The notes beneath the pieces are model-generated. The model saw only the letters and a program-made list of their open reading frames with translations. It was not told where the DNA came from and made no database searches. A program made the translations under genes and the position numbers. A stretch of 36,933 bases of DNA from IMG/VR virus record IMGVR_UViG_3300032254_000019, positions 1 to 36,933 of that record. The stretch is one strand, 5' to 3'. Shown here piece by piece: positions 1-6,428 of this stretch. This stretch comes from a virus (Duplodnaviria > Caudoviricetes). The number at the start of each line of letters is the position of its first letter. Within the stretch, counting starts at the first letter, position 1.

Positions 1-71
1 TCTCTATCTATATTGGCAACGGCTGGGCGAATCAGCGCCGGATACGTAACCGGCATTATTTTAAGGAGACG

Positions 72-293
72 ATGATGAAAGACTATGAGTATTTGAGAAA
101 TTATGCTGCATCATTGCATGGGCAGCCTAAGCGCGTTGAGCGACTTGAATTGATTGCTGACCGGCTGAAAAAACTAGAATCAGCATATTGCAAGTTGACC
201 AACTGCGAGTATTACCAAGACGGGCCGAATTTAGCCGGTGTGTACTGCCCGTCTGAATTGCTGTATGAATTTGATGATTTGTTTGACGCATAA
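72..293 (+). CDS. Hypothetical protein (cassette-like ORF)
   Basis: AAGGAG RBS upstream; TAA stop lies in core GCATAAC (288-294). Confidence 0.8.
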   Translation: MMKDYEYLRNYAASLHGQPKRVERLELIADRLKKLESAYCKLTNCEYYQDGPNLAGVYCPSELLYEFDDLFDA

Positions 294-416
294 CGATAAT
301 GGTAACTTGCCGCCGAATTGAAACCGATGAACTTAGGGAAACAAAAATGCCAAACGAAACTACAGAAATAGAAAACCGCGCCGAGGTAGGCGGTCGAGTT
401 GACCCGCTTGTTAGCG
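288..416 (-). repeat. attC-like site 1 (129 bp)
   Basis: Minus strand reads CGCTAAC-AAGCG-GGTCAACT...AGTTACC-ATTATC-GTTATGC: canonical R''-5bp-L''...L'-6bp-R' layout with extra C and CGAC bulge. Confidence 0.9.
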
Positions 417-631
417 GTGGCCGGTTGAGTAGTGCTTATAACGCTGCAAATCTTCAGGTTTGTGCTTGCTACGGTGCTATATCGCATATAGACGCAGCAG
501 AAAAAAGGTTGCGCTCTACACAGCGCGCACCTTTATGGCTTCTCAAACATCTTGACGAGGCGCGCAGAAAAATGAATACGACAATTTTGCCTGAATTGAT
601 ACGCAAACGCGATGAGTTATATTACCGCTAA
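347..631 (+). CDS. Hypothetical cassette protein (start inside attC1; ORF track start 299)
   Basis: ATG at 347 after AGGGAA; reads through the right arm of the site; TAA in core CGCTAAC. Confidence 0.75.
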   Translation: MPNETTEIENRAEVGGRVDPLVSGGRLSSAYNAANLQVCACYGAISHIDAAEKRLRSTQRAPLWLLKHLDEARRKMNTTILPELIRKRDELYYR

Positions 632-706
632 CCAAAAGCTAACAGGAGAGGAACGAAATGAGTGAAACGAATGTAGAGACGAGTCCCGTTGAGCGCCTTG
701 TTATGC
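626..706 (-). repeat. attC-like site 2 (81 bp)
   Basis: + strand CGCTAAC..GCTAACAGG....GAGTCCCGTTGAGC-GCCTT-GTTATGC. Confidence 0.85.
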
Positions 707-915
707 GTGATGGGTATTGCTGCGACTGTAACCACAACCCTGCTGAGACGATTGTTGAGGCAGCAAAAAGGCCGGGACACAAATGCAATGGATGCTGGTT
801 CACAGACCGCAAGCCGAACTGGGCACCGAAGGACGGAAAACAATATTACACAGAAGACGGTACGCTGATGAATTCGGACGGTAGCCGAAGTATTTTTGAC
901 GATGTGGACGCCTAA
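658..915 (+). CDS. Hypothetical Cys-rich cassette protein
   Basis: AGGAGAGG RBS and ATG inside attC2; CCDC and CNGC motifs; TAA in core GCCTAAC. Confidence 0.8.
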   Translation: MSETNVETSPVERLVMRDGYCCDCNHNPAETIVEAAKRPGHKCNGCWFTDRKPNWAPKDGKQYYTEDGTLMNSDGSRSIFDDVDA

Positions 916-1011
916 CGCTAGAACTCAGGCGACCAGAACCGCCTGCGATGAACTTTAAATTTAACTATGAGGCCGATGCGGTTCTGGGTCGGCTGGAGTG
1001 ATTTGTTATGC
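910..1011 (-). repeat. attC-like site 3 (102 bp)
   Basis: GCCTAAC-GCTAGA-ACTCAGGCGACCAGAACCGC ... GCGGTTCTGGGTCGGCTGGAGT-GATTT-GTTATGC; long stem with extra bases on the right arm. Confidence 0.9.
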
Positions 1012-1274
1012 GTATCTCAATTAGAAAAAACACATGCGATAGCGCGATTGGCGAGGCGACAGTCAACGCGCCTGGAGCAAATATAACGATTGATTATGAT
1101 CGCGACGATTTGGCACATGAGCTTGTAAATGCGTACAGAGACCTATTTGATAATACCGATGATTGGGTGGCTCACCTAAGTATGTATATTGATTCTAGCG
1201 AAAAGGCACAGCTCAGGCCGATGCTTTTGGACGAGGACGGAAACAGAAGCATCTTTGACGATGTTGACGCATAA
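1008..1274 (+). CDS. Hypothetical cassette protein
   Basis: ATG is within core GTTATGC; GGAG RBS (995-998) is within the L box; TAA in core GCATAAC. Confidence 0.8.
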   Translation: MRISIRKNTCDSAIGEATVNAPGANITIDYDRDDLAHELVNAYRDLFDNTDDWVAHLSMYIDSSEKAQLRPMLLDEDGNRSIFDDVDA

Positions 1275-1393
1275 CGTCACAAATTACCGGCAATGTGCAA
1301 CTGGGAGCTTGCCGAATTGGGTGAATTTTAACTTAACTGCCAACACAAACAAACACTGCGGCACATTGTCCGAGTAGATTTGTTTTGTTGGGC
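1269..1393 (-). repeat. attC-like site 4 (125 bp)
   Basis: GCATAAC..AATTACCGGCAATGTGC ... GCACATTGTCCGAGTAGATT..GTTGGGC. Confidence 0.85.
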
Positions 1394-1412
1394 GGGCTAC
1401 GGAGTGAATGAA

Positions 1413-1628
1413 GTGAGTAACCTACAAAGAGCTAAAAAATGCGTCACGCATCACCATGCCTGCGATTGCAGAGAATACAAATTTAATGAGATGGAGAGTG
1501 CGCTTAAGGTAATAGCAACATGGGCATCGTGCTCAAACATGGATCGGAAGCCACATGCCAAGCAAATGCTGGATATTGAACTGAAAGCAATGGCTGCTTT
1601 GAATGCCTTAAACGGTATTGACGCCTAA
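1413..1628 (+). CDS. Hypothetical cassette protein with Cys/His cluster (ORF track start 1380)
   Basis: GGAG at 1401 then GTG 1413; CVTHHHACDC motif; TAA in core GCCTAAC. Confidence 0.75.
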   Translation: MSNLQRAKKCVTHHHACDCREYKFNEMESALKVIATWASCSNMDRKPHAKQMLDIELKAMAALNALNGIDA

Positions 1629-1682
1629 CCCCGCGATAAAACGCGGAGCGTAGCGGAGTCGGATTTAATTGCATTGTTAGCC
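1623..1682 (-). repeat. attC-like site 5 (60 bp)
   Basis: GCCTAAC...GGAGCGTAGCGGAGTCGGATTTAATT-GCATT-GTTAGCC; length of a classical 59-base element. Confidence 0.85.
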
Positions 1683-1699
1683 GTATTTTGGAGATGATT

Positions 1700-2008
1700 A
1701 TGGATTACTGGGAAGAAACAATTTCAGAAGCATTTGAAGACGCTGGAATTGCTGCGACAAAAGAACAGATACAAACTGTCGCTAGTTGGGTTGAGGGTGC
1801 TCATGACAACTACGGAATGGCTCACGGATACGATGCAATACCAAGCCACGTAAACAGCGAGATCGAGCAGATTAAAGCACGTCATGCTGCTGAGATTGCA
1901 GAACTACAAAAGCAGGTAAATTGCTACAGAGATAGCGTTGCGTTACGTAGAGGCGTGAAGCGGGAAGATGTTTACCTCGATAGCAATGGCTGCGTTATGT
2001 ACGGCTAA
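1700..2008 (+). CDS. Hypothetical cassette protein with coiled-coil segment (ORF track start 1688)
   Basis: GGAG at 1690, ATG 1700; TAA in core GGCTAAC. Confidence 0.85.
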   Translation: MDYWEETISEAFEDAGIAATKEQIQTVASWVEGAHDNYGMAHGYDAIPSHVNSEIEQIKARHAAEIAELQKQVNCYRDSVALRRGVKREDVYLDSNGCVMYG

Positions 2009-2052
2009 CCCCGGAGCTTAATTGCTCCGTCAATTACAGCGCCTTGTTATGG
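2003..2052 (-). repeat. attC-like site 6 (50 bp, very short)
   Basis: GGCTAAC-CCCGGA-GCTTAATTGC-TCC-GTCAATTACAGC-GCCTT-GTTATGG. Confidence 0.8.
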
Positions 2053-2069
2053 CGCGTGGAGATGAGAAA

Positions 2070-2366
2070 ATGAAGTGTGAAATCTGCGATAAACCAATAG
2101 GAGGCGACCACATTTCTCAGGAGACCAAGGTCCGTTTGTGGGACAAGCTCGCAAAACGGCACACCGAATACCACCGTGGCTGCTGGAATGAATACGCTGC
2201 CGGCATAACATCTGAGCCTGAGCGTTTGTGGCGTGAGCGTCTAGAGCTAGCAAAAAGCAAGATGGCGGACTGCCACAAAGACGACAAAAAACACTGGCGC
2301 GCATGTGTTGCCGAAGCGAAACAGAGAATTAAGGAAATTGGAAATGGGCATACAAGTACATATTGA
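2070..2366 (+). CDS. Hypothetical protein, possible Zn-binding (CxxC...HxxC) (ORF track start 2022)
   Basis: GGAG then ATG 2070, MKCEICDKPI...YHRGC; first of two ORFs in one cassette. Confidence 0.8.
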   Translation: MKCEICDKPIGGDHISQETKVRLWDKLAKRHTEYHRGCWNEYAAGITSEPERLWRERLELAKSKMADCHKDDKKHWRACVAEAKQRIKEIGNGHTSTY

Positions 2367-2571
2367 TGACACCTACAACGTAACGCTAAACGATCTGTTG
2401 GGGCTTGTGCCAAACAGCAAAGCGGCTAAACGATATGCCGAAATAATGGATGATTTAGGACGGTTGCAGAAGATCGTTTCTGGCGCCGCAGAATGGGCTG
2501 ACGCGGAGCACAGGAGCAGGATGGACCCTGAGTGGCTAGTAGATGCTCGTAATTACTTGGGCACGGACTGA
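2344..2571 (+). CDS. Hypothetical protein (second ORF of two-gene cassette)
   Basis: ATG 2344 after AAGGA, overlaps the previous ORF; TGA abuts core GCCATAAC. Confidence 0.7.
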   Translation: MGIQVHIDDTYNVTLNDLLGLVPNSKAAKRYAEIMDDLGRLQKIVSGAAEWADAEHRSRMDPEWLVDARNYLGTD

Positions 2572-2572
2572 G

Positions 2573-2663
2573 CCATAACCCATTTAGCACAGGCGACGAA
2601 CGCAGTGAGGAGTCCAGTGGAATGAACGAAGTGAGTGAAACGAGTGTGCCTGAAGTATTTGAT
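2573..2663 (-). repeat. Degenerate attC-like site 7
   Basis: CCATAAC-CCATTT-AGCACAGG..GAGTCC.. and loop GAACGAAGTGAGTGAAACGA nearly identical to site 2, but no right-hand GTT core. Confidence 0.55.
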
Positions 2664-2735
2664 GATGAAAATGCCGCTAGGGCGAAGAAGAATATTGAAC
2701 GATTGTTTCAACACCGCAGCCAGGAGGCAACATAA
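2622..2735 (+). CDS. Putative 37-aa peptide MNEVSETSVPEVFDDENAARAKKNIERLFQHRSQEAT
   Basis: Manual translation; GAGGAG upstream; TAA falls in core ACATAAC like neighbouring ORFs. Confidence 0.5.
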   Translation: MNEVSETSVPEVFDDENAARAKKNIERLFQHRSQEAT

Positions 2736-2854
2736 CCTTTGGGTAACGCGCCGCATTAAATAAACAAACATTGGAGTAACTGAGATGACGAACGAAACTA
2801 CAAAACCAGAAGCAAGCACAGAGTTAGGCGGTCGCGTTGACTCAGCTGTTAGTG
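2730..2854 (-). repeat. attC-like site 8 (125 bp), paralogous to site 1
   Basis: ACATAAC..GGTAACGCGCCGC ... GCGGTCGCGTTGACT-CAGCT-GTTAGTG. Confidence 0.88.
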
Positions 2855-3042
2855 TGCCTGAACTTTTCAGGGTGCGCTGGTGGATTCAGGACACTATGGA
2901 AAGTGGTCATTGGGAAGTGTCTGGCTTGGTTGGCCTAAAAACTGCCCAGCAGTATGTGCGCTGCGGTTATTACGAGCAGGCACAAATTGTACTAGATGAA
3001 GATGGTTGGCCGATATACGAGGGTGATTGGTGGGCACACTAA
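2785..3042 (+). CDS. Hypothetical cassette protein
   Basis: GGAG and ATG inside attC8; TAA in core CACTAAC. Confidence 0.8.
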   Translation: MTNETTKPEASTELGGRVDSAVSVPELFRVRWWIQDTMESGHWEVSGLVGLKTAQQYVRCGYYEQAQIVLDEDGWPIYEGDWWAH

Positions 3043-3085
3043 CACTGGGCTATACACACCTGATAAGGTAGGGAGCGTAAAAACA

Positions 3086-3391
3086 ATGACTTATAGAGCA
3101 AATAAAAAAGCACGAAAACTGTGGTCATTACAAGCAAACGCCGCAAAAGAAAGAAAAAGACTCGCTGAAAAGGATCAGCATACTGACTTTGTAGATATTG
3201 ATCCTTACATAAAAATCACAATAGAACGCAGGCACACAAAAGAAGTCGCAATATTTGAGTGTCTTGAGGGCAATAGAATTGATAACTACAGCATCTATTG
3301 CAACGATGAGCACTTAGGGATTCATGGCATTACGTTTTTAATGAACCGCATCAGAAAGTCATTACCAAGGTTTAGACGGTTTGATAAATAA
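3086..3391 (+). CDS. Hypothetical basic protein (ORF track start 2996)
   Basis: GGGAG at 3071, ATG 3086; AT-rich; converges on the primase gene. Confidence 0.75.
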   Translation: MTYRANKKARKLWSLQANAAKERKRLAEKDQHTDFVDIDPYIKITIERRHTKEVAIFECLEGNRIDNYSIYCNDEHLGIHGITFLMNRIRKSLPRFRRFDK

Positions 3392-3406
3392 GCCGCTATG
3401 AACTAG

Positions 3407-5827
3407 TCACATAGCAGACTGTGGACCTTTAAGGCCTATCCCGATATAGTACATAGCTCCATCTGCCCGGCCTTTATTAAAACCTCTCTCAGACATTTTA
3501 CGGCCAAACAACGTTTGAGTCATAGGCTTCTCATTACGTTCCTTCTTCCACGATGAATATGTGTGATATAGAACTGACCCTGCAACCTTGACACTTGCTG
3601 GATCAATATCCATGTGCTTGGCAACTATGCAGTTATCCCCCATAAACCGCAGTAATTCGTCTGACTCATCCTGGTATGCGCGGGTAGCTGCTATAACAGA
3701 TTCAGGCTCACAAAGACCTGTTTTTTGCCACTCAAGGCACCCTTTAATTGCCCAGTTCAGAATCCCGGCTGACTCACTCTCAAGGGTTTTAATAAGGTCT
3801 TTATCACGTTTCTCTTCCGGGATTGTTACTTCAAACGGAATTAGTCTAAGTCTGCGCCACATTGCGTGATCTGTACCATAAACGGTCGGTTTGTGATTGG
3901 TTGACATCCATGGTTTGAACTTTGGCGCGTATGAGAAGAATTCACCAAATGGAAACCTGCCTTCTATCTTATCTTCACCTGTTGCAACCTTTATAAGCTC
4001 TTCCCGCAGCCTGCCTGATTCATTGGTCTCTGACATAAACAGTGCCCTGGCAGCTCGGAATCCAGCAAACCTGTAATTATCTTCAGCCGATGGTTTCGCA
4101 CCTATAAACGCTGCTGTGGACGTTGCCATACCCATATCGCCTAGCAACATAGCCATTAGCCGCATAAACGTAGATTTACCATTAGCGCCAGTGCCGTGCA
4201 TAATAAAGAATGCCTGCTCACCTGTTTTACCTGTGAGTGTGTACCCAACAGCGCGTTGAAGAAACTTAACTGTTTCAATGTCTCCGTCCATAATTTCTAA
4301 CATAAATTGTTCCCAACGTGGGCATGTAGCAGTGGCGTCAGCAACGACATGCGAGCGGGTAGTAATAAGATCCTCAGGCTCTGAGTTACGGAGCTTGCCG
4401 GTGCGTAAATCAACCACACCGTTTGAGACACCTAGTAGCCAGTCGTCACCATCAAGATCGCCAGTTGAGATTGAGATACCGGCGCACGACTGTGCGGCCT
4501 CGATGCAGCTCTTGGCACCACCGACAGCCTCGAGTCGCCTAACTGTCTTTAGCTGCGCATTAAGGGCTTTCTCATCCTTTCCGCAGCGGTCTCTTACTTC
4601 AAACTCCATACTCGGGACCATGGCCCATACTCTACGAATCATCTCACCTGATGTATCGAATACCCATCCTCGTGCTGGTGCGGCCTCGCCAGGTTTAGCA
4701 GTATTCCCAAACGTCGATTCCCGTGACCCGGATTCCCAAACAAGCCATTTCTGTTGCTCATGTATGAAGCGCATACAATTAGGAAATGAAGCTATTAACC
4801 GTTCAGCGTTACCTTTATCTGAAGATCTGAATTTCCCTTCAGGTATAACAATATCTTCGAAATCAGCCTTACCACTACTAATATCGTCCGATACAGGTAA
4901 AACTGGCTGGACACTAGTAGAGACCTTATTTACATTACGCGCAGCAATAAACTTAGGAATTGCAGGGAATATTTCTCTCTCAAGCGTCGCGTCATCTATT
5001 GGAATAGCGTTATTAGGGCATCGTTCTACATTTACACGTTTGATAGTGGCACGGATCATATCCTCGTCGAGTCCCTTTCCAACAAGATGGCCAACGTACT
5101 GTACTAGCGGTTGAGTGCGGTTGCCGGGTGCAAGTATATCAGGGAGGATAAAAGTGGAGTCCATGTCAAGGGAGATAGGGAGGCTGTGGGATACCTCACT
5201 TGAAGGGAGCATGGACTCCAAACCTGTAGCGACCTGATTACTATCGCCATTTAAAATCTTACCAGATTGTGCGGCTGATACAAGTGTGCGGCACGATATC
5301 TGAGGATGATTACTAATAGAACATTTTACAAGTGCCGGCGAATTGTATTTATGGTTAATAAATCCAGGGACTCTAAGTACCCGGTCAACATTAGTCATTG
5401 ACGGATCACAGCCAAAACGTTTAGCAAGAAGTGCCTGCGAGAGTTTGAACCCAGTTATTGACTCATCATTAACTCGCCATAGGCAGTGCCATCGACCCGG
5501 ACTTGATGTGGTTAGGATATGAGGTCTTGGCATAGCATCGCGGATAGGGCCAAGCGGCGCACCGTCAGTGTCGACGAACAAATAGCGCACATTAGAGATA
5601 TGTGCTTTACCACGGTCAGCCCCTTCATTGACCTGTACGAATATCCCAGCGCCACGTGCATTAAGATCTGATAACGTCTTACTATGCTGACTGAATGACC
5701 CAGTTAATACCCGTGCAAGTGGATCACGACCACCGGGTTTTTTATCGGAAAACGTTTGGAACACATAAAAATCGCTACTCGATATGGCGCTCAAAAATGA
5801 GTGGCTTAAACTGAGGTCGGTCCCCAT
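3407..5827 (-). CDS. Primase-helicase (RepB-like primase N-terminus, D5_N and P4-family SF3 helicase)
   Basis: LFVDTDG and SSPGRWHCLW primase motifs; NGVVDLRTG; Walker A GTGANGKST; TNHKP, WRRLRLIPF. Confidence 0.93.
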   Translation of the reverse strand: MGTDLSLSHSFLSAISSSDFYVFQTFSDKKPGGRDPLARVLTGSFSQHSKTLSDLNARGAGIFVQVNEGADRGKAHISNVRYLFVDTDGAPLGPIRDAMPRPHILTTSSPGRWHCLWRVNDESITGFKLSQALLAKRFGCDPSMTNVDRVLRVPGFINHKYNSPALVKCSISNHPQISCRTLVSAAQSGKILNGDSNQVATGLESMLPSSEVSHSLPISLDMDSTFILPDILAPGNRTQPLVQYVGHLVGKGLDEDMIRATIKRVNVERCPNNAIPIDDATLEREIFPAIPKFIAARNVNKVSTSVQPVLPVSDDISSGKADFEDIVIPEGKFRSSDKGNAERLIASFPNCMRFIHEQQKWLVWESGSRESTFGNTAKPGEAAPARGWVFDTSGEMIRRVWAMVPSMEFEVRDRCGKDEKALNAQLKTVRRLEAVGGAKSCIEAAQSCAGISISTGDLDGDDWLLGVSNGVVDLRTGKLRNSEPEDLITTRSHVVADATATCPRWEQFMLEIMDGDIETVKFLQRAVGYTLTGKTGEQAFFIMHGTGANGKSTFMRLMAMLLGDMGMATSTAAFIGAKPSAEDNYRFAGFRAARALFMSETNESGRLREELIKVATGEDKIEGRFPFGEFFSYAPKFKPWMSTNHKPTVYGTDHAMWRRLRLIPFEVTIPEEKRDKDLIKTLESESAGILNWAIKGCLEWQKTGLCEPESVIAATRAYQDESDELLRFMGDNCIVAKHMDIDPASVKVAGSVLYHTYSSWKKERNEKPMTQTLFGRKMSERGFNKGRADGAMYYIGIGLKGPQSAM

Positions 5828-5893
5828 ATTGTCTCCCAGACTTTAGCGGTTACTTTAACATTAAAAGTAATTGAAGTTATGTGATTATAGTTA

Positions 5894-6076
5894 TTAGATG
5901 ATTACGTCTTTGAATAGATCTGCTTTTGATCCATTAAGCAGGCGGTAGCGGTATAACTCCGGGATGGGCTTTGACTCATCCCACAAGTAAACTGCCTGGC
6001 GTGTGCATCCAATATCGTCAGCAAGCGCAGCTCTGCTACCGTTATAGTAAACTTCAAGTAATTCTTTAAGTGACAT
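5894..6076 (-). CDS. Cro-like HTH DNA-binding protein
   Basis: GSRAALADDIGCTRQAVYLW...IPE Cro-type HTH. Confidence 0.8.
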   Translation of the reverse strand: MSLKELLEVYYNGSRAALADDIGCTRQAVYLWDESKPIPELYRYRLLNGSKADLFKDVII

Positions 6077-6108
6077 GATTGTAACCAAAATGTTTATACA
6101 GTGGACTC

Positions 6109-6172
6109 ACCTTACACTAGATCAATTTTAAATGTCAACAGTGTTGACAAGCTCGATTTTAATGTATAGGAT
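6109..6172. promoter_or_regulatory. Divergent sigma70-like promoters with back-to-back -35 boxes
   Basis: Palindrome TGTCAACA-G-TGTTGACA (6133-6149); + strand TTGACA-17bp-TAGGAT; minus strand TTGACA-18bp-TAAGGT; lies between divergent operons. Confidence 0.7.
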
Positions 6173-6206
6173 TGAATTTAATTACACCAAGTGCAGGGAG
6201 ACAATT

Positions 6207-6428
6207 ATGAATAAGGGAACATACTGGAAGAAGATGGCATTTCACAACCAAGGTGAGCCTATATGCGAAACACCTTATTTTGATGATGTGATCCAGTTAC
6301 TTGCAGATGAGCTTGAAACAGGCAGAGATCATAGTGTGCGCGTACTAGAGCTGCTGCGAATTGGTGCGTCAGAGTACATTGAACGCTGTATGAAGTTTGA
6401 AGGCATAGACCAGGACATATCAGAATAA
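6207..6428 (+). CDS. Hypothetical protein (ORF track start 6132)
   Basis: GGGAG RBS, ATG 6207; TAATG overlap with the polymerase gene. Confidence 0.75.
   Translation: MNKGTYWKKMAFHNQGEPICETPYFDDVIQLLADELETGRDHSVRVLELLRIGASEYIERCMKFEGIDQDISE

Larger units (their letters stand above)
288..3043 (-). mobile_element. Integron-like gene cassette array (cluster of attC sites, no integrase in window)
   Basis: Repeated imperfect palindromes bounded by TAAC...GTT cores between short ORFs; the two cores flanking each ORF block are reverse complements over 8-11 bp. Confidence 0.85.

Noticed and set aside
288-3043. Intergenic hairpins as rho-independent terminators, REP elements or CRISPR repeats
   Set aside because: No U-tracts, variable length and sequence, gene-sized spacing, and ORFs read through them; cross-cassette core pairing fits attC sites better
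212-3313. Minus-strand ORFs in the array (212-487, 628-843, 2047-2304, 2117-2413, 2553-2819, 3128-3313)
   Set aside because: They cross cassette boundaries or shadow + ORFs that have RBSs and stops placed in the cores
4278-5114. 278-aa + strand ORF and other long antisense ORFs (e.g. 24581-25171, 29547-30068, 34962-35468)
   Set aside because: Ser/Ala-rich antisense shadows of well-supported genes
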